Source: Vicugna vicugna (Eukaryota). Taken from it: a DNA stretch of 64,000 nt. Made by a program: the position numbers and the translations under genes. Location of the stretch: assembly GCA_013265495.1 (NCBI GenBank), contig MU057744.1:2617370-2681369 (forward strand), in the 5' to 3' direction. The notes under the pieces are model-generated. The model was not told the origin of the DNA. It did not search any database and saw only the letters and a program-made list of their open reading frames with translations. Positions 1 through 13,548 of this stretch are shown here, piece by piece (within the stretch, counting starts at the first letter, position 1; every line of letters starts with the position of its first letter).

Positions 1-389
1 TGAAAATACTTCAATCACCAGACTGCTCTTACTTTTAAGTTGTCGTGGGGTCTGCTTTTTATTATTTTCTAGTTTAACTTTGTTTCTCACCCTTTAAAAT
101 AATAAATTTTAAATTTGATCCAATTATAAAATGCAGCTTGTTAAAAAGTTAAGACCAATATTAAACCATTTCTTTTCTAATATATGTCTTGAAATTATAT
201 TAAACTTAGAGGTAAGCACTATGCTAATCTTGTACCAGGTGTTAATGAACAGTTGAATGACCAATGTTGTTTTCTTTTATTAATTGCCAACAGTAAATAT
301 TTGCGTGATCATGGGATGAACTGTATTACATCCTCAGACAAATTCACGGTCAGGCCCTATACCACTTTTGCCCGTTTATGATGTTGTTT

Positions 390-650
390 GTTCATCTGAA
401 AAATATTTACTGAACAGATCTGTGGGCCGTGTTCTTTTGTAGTGTTCTTTTGTCACGCAGAGCAGCACAAGTGAGGAAGTTCATGGTCAAAACTGGATAG
501 ACAGGCACACAGGAAGTCAGTGGACATCAGGGTAGTTGCTGTGGGCATTTGAGGGCCATGTTCAGCTGGAACAGAGTCTACCCCAGTCTCAGGGAGTCAG
601 CAGAGGATCTGCAGAGTGTGGCACTTACACTGAGACTGAAATCTCTTCAG
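390..650 (-). mobile_element. L2 LINE 3' fragment (degenerate)
   Basis: 'ttcatctgaaaaatatttactgaac' resembles the reverse-complemented L2 3' terminus, followed by purine-rich L2-like body; boundaries approximate. Confidence 0.45.
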
Positions 651-2109
651 CTGTCTGTCTGTGGATGTGTTTGTGTTTGAGTGTACATCTGCGTGTATTT
701 TAATGCTCTAAATTGTAATTCTAAAATGAAATGCTAACAGTAAAGCTTCCTTGGGGAATAAATCAAGGCCAATGTGCAGTATTTATGATGATTCCAATGG
801 CCTGAGATTGACCATTAGGCAGATGATTTCCTGTGGATTACTCAGATACTCTAAGGCCTTGTAAATCAGAATTCATAGTAAAAAGGATATTGGTAGCACT
901 GTTATCCATTCCTCTCCATTATCACTACCTCTAAGTGCAGTGAAATTCTCTCTTTTTTTTGTTTTGTCTTTTATTTAAATTTTTTAATTTTTATTTTTTA
1001 ACTTCTGTGATAAACTTAGATGTGAACTTCTTAGGGAACTTAGATCATACACTTTTGGCTTGTCATGTTATACTGTAGAAAGGAGCATAACAGTTTTTAC
1101 CTTGAGCTCAGACACTTACTTCCATGTACTAAAGGGATGTTATTCGGAATTCCAGAGGTGGACAGGGACCGCCAAGTAAGAAATCTAGGTAAATCTAATG
1201 ATGCTTTAACTCAGTGGTCTATGATCACTCTTTTATAATTTTTTTCATAAATTCGATAAGCTAAACGTCACTGCTACATTCAGTGGGTTGTACCAGGTGA
1301 GTGGATAGATGGACGAAACCTTGCTTTTTACACCAGGACTCTCTAATTTGAATAAATTGCAATTTGGACCTGGTGTCAGATACTCTCTGCAGCTTTACTT
1401 TGTTGTACCCCTTGTTTTGCTTTGACTTTGAACACATGATGAAAAATGAGACTTGGAAGCAAAAAGTCTCACCAGGGGCTTCCTGCTGAGGCTTCCTGCT
1501 AACCAGGGTGCTCTGAAGGTACATCTATTGTGTCACATGGTACAGGCGTTTGACAGCAACATTGCCTCCCAAGAATCGCACTCAAGAGGCTTCAGTGTGA
1601 TGGGGTTTTGTCAAAAATCAGACTTTAAAGATCAAATCAGAAATGTTGAATATATTCTTGAGAGGCATACTAAATAAAACAAACACATGTTAGTTTGCAA
1701 TGCTTGTTTTTTGTTGGCCAAGAAAGGTCACGCATCTTTTCCACAGGGTAGTAGCCTGTATTTTGACCCTCCGCCCAGGAAAACTGTATTCAGGACATAT
1801 GGCTAGTGAATCAAAGTGCTATCAACATGACAAATATATCAATTTATTGAAGCCACTATTCTAAGAACTTTAGCCTTGTTACAGAACATGAATTTCTGTG
1901 AGCTTAATGATTTTGCAGGTTTTCAGCTGAAACAGAATTTAATGTTTATTTGCCTAATTTGCTAATTTTCCATCAGATAAAACTAAAGAATTGAAATGTG
2001 ACACTGCAGGGTCCCAGAGCTAATTAATGACCCATAGTGGGAGGTGTTCCCAGGATGCTTGACTCCTGAACAGGTGTTCCTCTGAGGGGCAACCTATCTC
2101 AGATGGTAG

Positions 2110-3790
2110 AAAGTTCAACCCACATGTATAGAGTCAATTAATTTATGACAAAGGAGCCAGGAACATATAATTGAGAAAAGACAGTCTCTTCCATACATGG
2201 TATTGGGAAAGCTGGACAGCCATGTATTAAAGGATCAGACTAGACCATTATCTTACTATCCTAAAATTAATTGTGTATATGTCCATGAATGACTGAAAAA
2301 TTGTGCTGAACACTGGAATTTGACACAACACTGTAAAATGATTATGAATCAATAAAAAATGTAAAAAAAAAGAAAATAAAATCAACAAACAAACAAACAA
2401 AAAAATGGATTAAACACTTGCATGTAATACCTGAAGCCATTAAACTCCTAGAAGAAAACATAGGTGTTACAATGCTTGACATCAGCCTTGGGGATGATTT
2501 TTTGGATTTGACACCAAAAGCAAAGGCAACAAAAGCAAAAATGAACAGTGTAACTACATCAAACTAAAAACTCTTCTGCACAGCAAAGGAAACCAACAAC
2601 AAAATGAAAAGGCAACCTACCAAATGGGAGAAAATATTTGTAAATCATGTATCTGATAAGGATTTAATACCCAAAATATATAAAGAACTCAGAAAACTCA
2701 ATACCAAAATTTTGTTTTGATAAAAAAATGAAGAGAGGATCTGAATAGGCATTTTTCCAAAGAAGACATACAGGTGGACAACAGGCACATAAAAAGATAC
2801 TCAACATCACCAGTAATCAAGGAGATGCAAATCAAACACCACAATGAGGTATCACCTCACACCTGTTAGAATGGCTATTATCAGAAAGACAAGAAGTAAC
2901 AAATGTTGATGAGAATGTGGAGAAAAGAAAAGCTTGTGCACTGTTGGTGGGAATGTAAATTGATACAGCCACTATGGAAAAACAGCACAGAGGGTCCTCA
3001 AAAAATTAAAAATAGAACTACCACATGATCCAGCAGTTCCACTTCTGAGTATTTATCTGAAGAAAATGTTAATACTGACTCAAGAAGATACATAACCCCC
3101 AGGTCCATTGCAGCATTATTTACTACAAAATTTTAATTTTGTAAATAATGCAACATTACTTACTGCAAAATTTACTGTCAAAAAGACAACTTAAGGAGCC
3201 GTGGATGAGGAATGGATAAAAAGGATTATCTATCTATCAATCTGTCTATCTTGAGATAGATACATAGATTATGGACTATTATTCAGCCATAGAAAAAAAA
3301 TGGAGTTTTGCCATTTGCGGCAACATGGATGGACCTCGAGGGCATTCTGTTAAGTGCAATACGTTAGACAGAGAAAGACAAATGCCATGTAGTCTCACTT
3401 ATATGTGGTACATTAAAAAAAAAAGCAAAAAAACAAACTCATGAACATTTGAGAACAGATTATTGATTGTCAGAGACAGGGTGGGAGGTGGGCAAAATGG
3501 ATGAAAGAAATCAAAGGCACAAACTTCTAGTTATAAAATAAGTCAGTCATGAGATGCAAGGTACAGCATGGGGACTGTAGTTAATGGCTGGTTTACATGT
3601 TTGAAAGTTGCAGAGAGAGTGGATCTTGAGAGTTTCATTACAAGAAGAAATTGCTGTAACTATGTGTGATGACAGATGTTGAGGAAATTTACTGTTCATT
3701 GTTTCGCAGTACATACAGATGTTGAATCATTATGTTGTACACCTAAAACTAAAATGATACTCTATTTCAATTATACATTGATTTAAAAAG
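2110..3790 (+). mobile_element. 5'-truncated LINE-1 (ORF2 C-terminus + 3'UTR, L1MA/MB-like)
   Basis: Typical ORF2 3' sequence (acaatgaggtatcacctcacacctgttagaatggc; tgttggtgggaatgtaaatt; ccagcagttccacttctgagtattta) and 3'UTR ending in an A-rich tract at ~3785; frames disrupted. Confidence 0.9.
2272..2380 (+). mobile_element. Short younger L1 3'-end insertion nested in the L1 at 2110-3790
   Basis: 'gaatgactgaaaaattgtgctgaacactggaatttgacacaacactgtaaaatgattatgaatcaataaaaaa' matches the L1 3' termini at ~17150 and ~47460; polyA tail; approximate TSD taaaattaa/taaaatcaa. Confidence 0.75.
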
Positions 3791-6700
3791 GCCTTTCTTT
3801 AAAAATTCACTGTTAGCATCAGAAATCAAATACAGTTGAGAAAGATTTCCTTGTTTAAACAATGTGTCACACACTACAGACAATATATTCTGTTGGTTCT
3901 CTTGCCATAGGATGCTATGTTGATTTCTGTGAGCTCAGCTAAAGTCCTGAGTAGTTGTGTAACTCAGTCTGTAAAGCGGCAGGCACGTCCTTACTCAGTA
4001 AGATTCAAAATATTTTGTGAATGAGCGAGCTGTGTCCGATGGTGCCAGTTAGGGTCTCCCCATTCCTAGACACACAACTACACTGTCTTCATCAAGGGAT
4101 AGTAAGTGGCGGCCCTAGGTTTCCCTCCTGTACCCATCCTGCACCTCCTCCCCGGCCAAGACAGCGGCACTGATCAGCCGTGGCCCTCTTTTTGACTTAG
4201 TCTGGATGGAGCCTCACACTTCTTGGCCACATAGCACCACAGGAAATCCCTACAAATGAAATGAAGTTGGCAAATGAATGAAACCTCTTCAGCATCTGGT
4301 CCTAATCCCGTTTGCTTACGCGCTGGTGGTTATTACTGTCTTCTCCCCACCTCATCTCTACTTGTCTGGAAATCACAGAAATACATATTTTAATAGCTTG
4401 GACTTAGAATGTAGAGATACAAATTAAGTTTTTTTCCCGACATAAGGATATTACACCAAGCCACTGGCAGTGTGGCAATACGATTTTGAGTTTCTTGGTT
4501 CTTTTTGCTCTTTCCACTTTTATGTCTTCATTTCTCCTGCTGCTAGTGATCTGGCAACCAATACGTTTCCTCTTCCCTTGGTGTCTGCTACTCAGCCTCG
4601 AGGTCTCTGCCTCTAATTTCCCTTTTCGTGTATTGTAAGCTGTAAAGCAGGGAACTAATAAACATACTGTGTCTTTAGTAAAAGTGTAAAGTGAGCATCC
4701 ATAAGACAGCACAGCGGCCAGGCAGAAAGATGCACGGACTTCAGGACTGCTGTGTGGGAAGCCCAGAGACCTGGGTGTGGGCTGGTGCACAGCACAGAAG
4801 GTTCAGCCAGATTAAATAGGGCCGCTCAGCGGTTTGCTTCCTGCATGTGTCTGTCTGTTATACTTCAAGCACGTTTCTCCTGAGAACAGAAACCAGAGGT
4901 CGGTCTTTAGGTGAAAGTCGGTCGGGTCAGAGGTGCAGGAGATAAGGTAGCTAGGTTGGCCTTGGAGTGCATGTAGTGACTGTGGCCAGATCGTATCTCC
5001 AGTCCATTTTCAAAAGGAGAAGCCCAGCTTTGGTAGCGCCGAGACCTGGAAGCCAGGGCTGAGGAGCAGGTGGAGCTGGAACAGTGTTCCGGAGGTTGTG
5101 TAGAGGGTCTCCTGATCGTCAGAAGACATCAGGCATGGGGGTTCGGTGAGAAGGGGCCATCCCTGGGTACTCCCTATCAGGCCAGTTTATCTGTCAGCAG
5201 AGGCAGCGTCACGGCTGCCACGGGACGCGGCAGTCATGGGGGTGTTTGCCGGCGCCTGCTCAGGAATAAGAGGCAGCCCTCCTCCCACCTGCACAGTTGT
5301 CTGACACTTAGTCTTCTGCTGAAAGGCAGCAGGTCTGGGGGGCTGGACTTTCCCACCCTCAGTTACATTCTTATGTAGAAGTAACCTCAACTTCAGCTTC
5401 ATTACTGAGCTCGGGGATGCAGCCACTGAACATGTCCCCCTGAAAAGTTGCCAGTGTTAACCATCAGTAATAAAATCGTTGCCGTCTTGACACTTCTTAT
5501 CCAGTGTGCAGCTCGTGACCTCCTCCTCCCTGCTTGCTGTCGTGACATCCATGGAGTATTTACCAGTTGAGAAAATACTGGCAGTCATTCAGATTTTTCT
5601 ATGCTCCCTTGATAACAAATGTCGTCATTATTACTCCTGTCTTAGAAAAGTTGCAGATACTGATTCTGACTCCCCCAGAATGCTTCTACTGCCCTTAAAG
5701 GGCTGGTGTGGACAAGCTTGGTGAGGCGCCTTTTATGACTCTGAGTCATGCAACGAGCTCCTCCTTGAAAGGCAGTGTCTTTTGGATGCATCCAGATGCT
5801 TCTTGTTTGTCCCCTTTTACAAGGTGTAAATGGAGATACCAGTAGTGTCAGCGGTGGCCCCAGGGTGGCTTTGAGAAGAGAATGGGCACCACCACTCCAT
5901 GTGGAGACAGCTGGTCAAGGGCACCTGTCGCCTCAGGACTGGCCTCAGCTCACGTCACTTCCAGTGCTTGTTTTCCTGGCAGGCTGACTTCAGGGGCCGA
6001 GTAGGACAGGTTTGGCAGATGCTGCCATCATGGACCAAGGGAGAAGCTGTGAACTGGCCTGTAGTGGGCTGAACAGCAGTTCAGAGCCAGAGGGTGATGT
6101 ACATCATTATGTCAGAAAGACCAAATTCTAACAGTTGGAGGTGTTTCATGTCTTCCAAGAGTCCTCCGTCTGCACTTTAGAAGTGTCGGCAACGGCCGTG
6201 ACTCATCGTTCCTCCTCTCTGTAGACTTCTGCTCTTTTTACGTTCTTTTCTCATTCTAGTCTTAATATAGATGTTAAACAACGTAACAGAAAGCTTAGAC
6301 AGCTAGGTACTGGAGAAGAGGGGAGAAATGTTTACTCAACCCCAAGATTGATTCCTCATTGGAGTTTGCGGTCTGGGCAAATCCTGTGTCTTAACTTTTA
6401 AAATAGGTAGTTTATGTTCCTCAGAAAGATGAGGGATGAAAGAAGGACACTCCTGTAGGGTGCATGTTTGCCAGGCACCCCACCAAGCCCCTGTGCTGCT
6501 CTCCACCGCAGCCCGGCTGTGTCTCACAGCCCCAAGCGCTTCCCTTCCCAACTTCCTGACAGGGAGGAAGAGCTCAGACCTGGGAGCATTCAGGAAGACA
6601 CATGACCCAAGGACTGGGAGGGTTCCTGGGCACGGCTCTGCACTTGGACCAAATGGTTGCTTTTTTCTTGAACTGACCTCCTCAGATCTGTCACCAGCTT

Positions 6701-8578
6701 TCTAAGACTCGGAACTCTCTGCCTTTCTTGATCTGGTCCTAAGCGGGTGCAGACTTTCTTTGCTGCAGCTGTGGGCCAAGGGCTCCCTGGCCTATATGAA
6801 TGATTGACCCTCAAATCAGTTGACAAGTTAATCGCTTATTTCTTTCCTAACATGAACCCTCCTCCTACACCAGCAATGTCACCAAATTAATCAGGCTCTA
6901 AACCTTACTTGAGAAGGGATAGCATTTACTAAGTCAGCCAAACTGTCATTCACCACAGTCAAGAATTCTTTAGGAAAAGAATAATCTTTCCTAATATTTT
7001 TAATATAAAAGCCAATGCTATCTCCTTGACTGTTTTAGAGTTCATGTGAAATGTATTTAAAATCAGAAACGATATTGAGAGACAAAAAATTTGACTGCAT
7101 TCTTATCATTGTCATAAAAATAATAATAATACTTTTGTTACATATTTTAAAGGCTGTAATACAAATTGCTGTAAGCTGCTTTTGCTGAGCTGCCTATAAA
7201 AGTGTGGAATGTGTTTGACCGTGTTTATTTCATATTTCTGGTAATGCTTTGTGACCGTCTGCTGGATTTCATGCTGCTACAAGCAAAGGTATTCCGTGTT
7301 TCTCAAGATCAACAGAGCACCTCTGCTTCAGGGAGAGCCCAGTCCTCCTTGCGGGAACTGGCTCGGCAGATTCTCTTATTTTGGTGCAGTACCCTTTCTG
7401 AATTATTTTGTTTATCTCACCGTGCCAGTTTCATGCAGTCTAAGTACCAGTTACTTTCAGAATAAGTTCCTTTGCTCTTAGTTATTTTTGAAATATTATA
7501 ATTAAAAATACTGAAAACTTTCATTGTTTAATCCCTCCAAAGAAGGAAAAATGTATTTCTTTCAGATATTTTATTTTCCTGCTAATGATATTAACTTCTG
7601 CTCTCTAGTTTGTCACTTACATGATAATTAATAAAGAATACCAGATTGACTTTATCTGGAGGAACTGTCAGGGACAGAGTCATTTGTAAAAATTTTAAAA
7701 GAAAATTGAGGTGTAAGTTAGGAGTGAGGGGCAGAGGGAAGAATGTTTTGGGACAGAGAAGGAGACTTGGTAACGTTTGCAGGTGTTTGATTGCCTTGAT
7801 CTGAACCAGTGTGAGACAGGAGATGGATGATTGCTTCAAGAAAGTTCTTTGGTTGAGTATAGGAAGCTACTGGATAATGTAAGCTTCGAGAGAAAAATGA
7901 CTGTATATTCATCTAAAAATGATACACATTTCACACTCTACAACCAAATACATTCCAGATTTTCTTTTGATTTGAAAGAAAATGAATAAGCTAATCAGAG
8001 TACTGGACGGAAATATGAGTGAGTGATGATACAGCCTTGTGATAACAATGGACTATGTAGGTATAACGATAAAAATTAAAATCACAAGGGAAATTGTTTG
8101 ACAGAATTTTTAAAACTTCCTTTGGGGAAAAATGACTTGAAAATTACCTGGGAACAGTTGGATGTATACAGATGCAGCTGTATGTGTGTAGTGACAAAGG
8201 GTCAGTCTGCCCACATGATGCACCTTCTCCTGCGGCCCTCTGTGCCTTTCCCTCTCCGTGATGCGTTCTTTCTTCCCCACTTGGCTGATGCCCGTTTACT
8301 CTTCAGCCTCAGCATAAGCCTTTGTTCTGGGGTGGTCTTCCCGACCCCCTGATGGCCTGACCCTGTTGGCTCTCACCACACTCCTGGTGCCAGGGAATCC
8401 TTTACCAAGCCTTGTCCCAGCTGTCATTTTAGTGGCCATATTCTTCGTTAGACTTGAGGCACCACAGGCAGGGGGCTGTACATTTAATATTCACAGTGAT
8501 CTGCCGCTCCTAACACATGTTATCCAGCATACAGTAGGTCTCAAGAAATAGTATTTGCCATGGAAAGGAATGACTTTT

Positions 8579-9141
8579 GCATGTGTACACATTTAGTTTT
8601 ATTGTAACAAAGCAATTTGTACACTTTTGATCTTTAAAACTGAGCATCATCTTTCCTTTCCAGTGAAACAAAAATAAAAATTTAAAAGTAAACAGGAACA
8701 AAATTACAGTAGAGAATGTCAATTGCAAACAAGATCCTACAGGTTCTACTGATTCTCCATCGAGTGGCAGGGCTCAAGTCATCATTAGGAGAGAATTTTA
8801 TTTTAAAAGTATCACCTTAAACTGCAAGGCCGTCCACTAAGCATCACAGTTGAACATGCCAGAGGAGAAGCTGTGCTGTCAGAGTGCCCGCTTAGCCCGC
8901 CCACACATCTCAGCCACTCAACCTACCCACACGTCTCAGACGCACCCTTGGCTGACCTTCTATAGCCCTACTGTTTTTCTTTTTTAAAGCAAGAGAAAGT
9001 AGATACATGTTGGTAAATGCTAGCTGTCCATATCACAGAGACACAGTATAATCTCGGAGCCTAGTGTCCAGAGAAAGGAGGAAAAAAGCTAGAATTCTAT
9101 GCACTAGCACCAGCTTCCAGCAGAGCCGAGGGAGCAGGTTT
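8579..9141 (-). pseudogene. SET: 5'-truncated processed retrocopy of an mRNA 3'UTR, recognised as SET (SET nuclear proto-oncogene/TAF-I); no coding sequence retained
   Basis: Exact 16-bp TSD gaaaggaatgactttt at 8563-8578 and 9142-9157; minus-strand TT/AAAAA L1 endonuclease site; minus-strand AATAAA at 8598-8603 about 20 nt before the end; the sequence matches my recollection of the mammalian SET 3'UTR (e.g. gagaaaggaggaaaaaagctagaattctatgcacta on the plus strand). Confidence 0.85.
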
Positions 9142-9164
9142 GAAAGGAATGACTTTTTAAATAG

Positions 9165-9850
9165 TAAAATGCTGGATGGACAAGCAATTCAAAAGGAACA
9201 CACACAGAAGTGGCCGAGCATGAAAATGTGTGCTGCTTCAATAACAGTCAAACAGGTACAAGTTAAAACATGTATTATATGCGTATCTCGATCACCTGAA
9301 TTGTGTGTATTTTTGTCAGAAAACCTAGGAACATGAACGATGTCATCAGCGATGTGTGAGACCATGAGGGACCATGTACTTATGAACCATTTGTGGCGGG
9401 AATTTCAGCTGGAACAAATGCTGTAGGAAGACTGAATGCTGTTCACACAGAAACTTATATTAAGAAAGTAATTTGTTTAATTGAGCATGGATGCATGTAG
9501 AGGGAACGTCTGATAGTGTTTTATAAAAGTAAAAAATTGGGAATAAACTAAATGTTAATCTGTAAGATACTATTTATAAAATCTGAGCACAACCATCCCG
9601 TATTGGGTAAATATTGCATTATTACCAATGCAGCTCTGAAAACATATGCAATACTAGAGTTACTGAAATAAAGAAATACCCACGTTAAGATTAATTTAAT
9701 TTAAAAATAGCACCTCTCTTTCTCTGTATGTATATGTGTGGCTATATACAATAGTAGAATCCCATTTTTGTAAAAATACATGTTCTGAAGAAAAATTCTG
9801 GAAGAGTACACTCAAAACATTAAAAGTGCTCGTATCTTGACATTTATTAG
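9165..9850 (+). mobile_element. Ancient degenerate L1 (L1ME-like) ORF2 3' end/3'UTR
   Basis: Degenerate L1 motifs (ggacaagcaattc..., catgaaaatgtgtgctgcttcaataac, ttgggaataaactaaatgtt); similar relic at ~7860-8130. Confidence 0.55.
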
Positions 9851-10994
9851 CATTACATGCTAATGACCCGTTGACCTATGCTTTCTCTCAATGCAGTAAT
9901 TTTCATGATATTTCAATGTCCTTAAGAGGGGTGAGTGAGTAGACAGAAGGGAACCAGACAGATCAACAGGGAGCAATAATAAGACATGGAGGGATACAGA
10001 CTTCTTATCTTGAGTTCTTGCAAAAGCAGAGCTTGAGGGAAAAAATTATGTGCAGATGGTTGATTCTGGAACACCGTGTCATGAAGGAGGAATTAGGAGC
10101 AGGGGAGTGAATCAGGGGAGGAGAAAAAATCCATTAAAGACCACAGTATCAATTTGACCGTCCACCTTTGGTGGCCCCACTGCTTGATTCCATGGACCTT
10201 GAAGATAAGATGAATTGTGCCTTCCATGTGGCCGATGGAAAGTCTGACCTTCACTGCCCCATCATGCACACATCTCTCTGTGGAGGTCAGGAACTCTGGA
10301 TTCAAGCTCTGCCTGGTGATGCGACTGAGCTACTTGGAAGGAAATAATGAGAAACATCCAATGATTATTGTAATTGTTAATTTTGGAGTGAACATTGCTG
10401 GGATAATCAAATACTAGCAGCGAAATTGGGCTTAAAAGCATTCCTTTGAGAATATCAATTACCCTTTTGGAAGATTCTGTCAGCCTCTTCAGCTGCGATC
10501 CTGTTTCTGAGGACAGAGAAAGTGCACACGAGGAAAGCTCAGTCTTTCATGATTTCTAGTGTGGATTACTGAAGAGTCCAGGAGAGGCTTTGGCCCCACT
10601 TCAGCAGTGGGAACTAAAGAGCCGATACCTGGTTTGGGTCACTAGGGAGTAGGGATTGCAGTGTGAACTAACAAAGAAGTGTCCTGCCAGACACATCTCC
10701 ACAATTAGGGATTCATTTGTATCCAGAAAATGTTTTTAAGGCCTGCGCTCTGAGAATGACTTGGTAACTGAGATCAGCTATACTGAGTGTATTTTTAGGG
10801 TAGGGATGCTTTAAGTACTAGACACTGGTGTTTGGAATGTTGCAGAGACAGAGTATGCAGTCTGGTGACAAGTATGTTTCTCTCCACAGTGTCTCACCAA
10901 CTCCATCAATGCTGCTGTTTTTGGTATAGAAGAAAATATAATTTGTAAGAATTATTTTTAGACATGTGTTCAAGAAACTATACAAAGTAGTTAA

Positions 10995-11527
10995 GTGTTT
11001 TTTTTTTCTTTTGTTTTTCAATTGAAGTACAGTCAGTTATACTTTGTCAATATCTGGTGTACAGCAAAGTGTCCCAGTCATGCATACATACACTTGTTTC
11101 CATATTTTTCATTAAAGGTTATTATAAGATATTGAATATAGTTCCCTGTGCTATACAGAACAAATTTGGTCTTTTTAATCTATTTTTTATATATAGTGGT
11201 TAACATTTGCAAATCTCAAACTCCCAAATTTATCCCTTCCGACCCCCTTTCCCCTGGTAACCATAAGGTTGTTTACTATGTCTGCGAGTCTGTTTCTCTC
11301 TTGTAGTTGAGTTCACTAGTGTCTTTTTTTCTTTTTTTAGATTCCACATATGAGTGGTATCATAGGGTATTTTTCTTTTTCTTTCTGGCTTACTTCACTT
11401 AGAATGACAATCTCTAGGTCGATCCATTTTGCTGCAAATGGCTTTATTTTATTCTTTTTTGTGGCTGAGTAGTATTCCATTCTATAAATACACCACGACT
11501 TCTTTATCCAGTCATCTGTCAATGGGC
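10995..11527 (-). mobile_element. L1 3' end (camelid-type), 5'-truncated
   Basis: polyT, then 'caattgaagtacagtcagtt'; ORF 11337-11522 encodes the ORF2 C-terminus (DDWIKKSWCIYRMEYYSATKKNKIKPFAAKWIDLE). Confidence 0.9.
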
Positions 11528-12599
11528 AATTTTGCTTATCTATATATTTTTTTAATATAGCATTGTGATCTCATTTGTTCAGCTCTGGACAGCAAAGTAA
11601 AGCGTCACTCTCATACTGATTAAGTATGTTTGCACTGAAGAACAATTCTGTTTAAATGTAGAAAATGTCAATAGGCATGACAGGGAAATAGGGTCATAGG
11701 TGAGATCGTTTGTATATGCAGATGAATGAATCTGAGGTTTAAAAATGAATGAGTCTTACCAGGTCCGTATTCTTACTATTAAAAAGTTAATATCATTGAA
11801 GGGCTAATTAAATTAGGAATGTTCTAAAATGTGACTAACTTCTTTTCCAAATGGAGAGCAATGTGGAGATGAGTGCTTTTTTTCTTTCTCTCTAATTGAG
11901 ACATACTCGTTCATTTTGAAGGATTTTATATTCCACTTGGCATCATTCAGTTCTTGGGAACGTGATCTGGAGGTAAAAGAGAAAAGCTAGGATAATTTAC
12001 ATAGTGCTGCTCAAATTCTGTCACCACAGAGCTTCCTAGGCCAAGGGATTCATTTAGGTCCCAGTCCCTTAACTCTCAAAGAAATGTGAAATGTTTAAAG
12101 AGACAGAAGTCTGTTAAGTATTCTACTCGAAGAGAAGACTTGAAATAAAGGGTATTTACTTCTGCCAGCTTGAATTTTTCTTATGTCTCCCAATGCCTTA
12201 TACATTTTAATTGGAGAAATAGATACCCATTTGTCTGAGTGATTGCCTCCTGTACACTACCCCAAATACATTTTTTTCTCTTCCTTATGAAACAGAATCT
12301 TCATCCTAGGGGGATCACTTCTGGTCATCTGTATTTTCCTTCAATTTCAGTCCCAACTATTCTTTCTCTGACCCTCTCAGCCTGTACAGATTCCCAAAGC
12401 CTTCCCTTACCACCTGTTTTGGTGGTATTTGTTGGACATGGCACCAAAATGCCAAGAAGTTTCCTAGCATTCTTCACCTTGCGTTGAATGTGCTCCATGA
12501 CACAATGGGTTACTGATCTCAGTCTTTCACTCTTGCAGTTAAGTGCGAGAGGTGTTCCCTCAGCCGCCAGTGTGCACGTGGCCGTGGTACTTGCTCTGT

Positions 12600-12918
12600 C
12601 CAACAGAACAGGAGCAAAACAGTGGTTTGCTTGTTCCAAGCTAAGGCTTCAGTGACTCTTACAGTTTCCTACCCAAACTCTTGTCACCCACTGATAACTT
12701 GTCTCAGGTAGCCACAGCTCCACAGAAAGGGAAGAAATGCCTAGAACACAAAGAACCTCACGCCGAGTCTAGAAGCAAAGCCAGGTGGTCTGTAGGCTTA
12801 CACACAGCAGCCCCAGACAGACCCACAGACAAACCTGTGGGTAACAAGAGAAACGCCTTTGCTTGTAAGCCACTGATTTTAGGGTGGCTTGTAGCACAGC
12901 ATTGTTACAGTGATAAAT
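12600..12918 (+). mobile_element. MaLR (MLT1-like) LTR fragment
   Basis: MLT1-type 3' end 'gcttgtaagccactgattttagggtggcttgtagcacagcatt...gataa', interrupted by the next LTR. Confidence 0.6.
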
Positions 12919-13548
12919 TGTTACTGAACCAAACTTAGGTCTGCTCGCCTGTGAGGAGTCAAGCCAGTCTACTGACCCTGGGGTTGAGGTGAGGGAAAAG
13001 GCAGCGTTGATTGCAGGCACCAGGCCAGGAGACCAAGGCAGCTGATGCTCAAAAGCCCTGAACTCCCCAGTTGCTTTCAGGGAAGGTTTTTAAAGACGGT
13101 GAGGGAGATGAGTTGTGGGGTGCATGATCAGCTCGTGGACATTCTTCTGCCTGGTTGGTGGTGAAGTCAGCGGGAGTCAACATCATCAGTCTTCTGGTTC
13201 CAAACAATCTGGGGTCTCTGTGCTTGTGGGTAGCACACAGTTAACTTCTTCCACTTGGTGGGGTTTCAGTTTCTGCAGAACATCTCAAAGGACATGGCTC
13301 AGAATATAATCTATAGTCCATGGAGAAGAATTAAAGGTCCTCGACTTTGTTTAATGTCTGAACTATTATTATTTTGTCTCACTTGATTGTTTCCCTTTCT
13401 TCCTGCGTTTTCTCACTTCTCTGATTAATTTTATCCTTTGGAACTCAGGGAAGCCTAGCAGACTAAAGTTTTCTACAGACAAGAGGCAGTTGGAAGATGT
13501 GTGAGGCATCTGTCCTGGGGAGGCCCCATGGGGTCCTGCTCAGTTACA
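12919..13548 (-). mobile_element. ERV1-class solo LTR (~630 bp)
   Basis: Termini tgttac...gttaca (TG...CA with short inverted repeat); 'tgttactgaaccaaacttaggtctgctcgcc' and 'ccccatggggtcctgctcagttaca' resemble cetartiodactyl ERV1 LTR ends. Confidence 0.75.
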
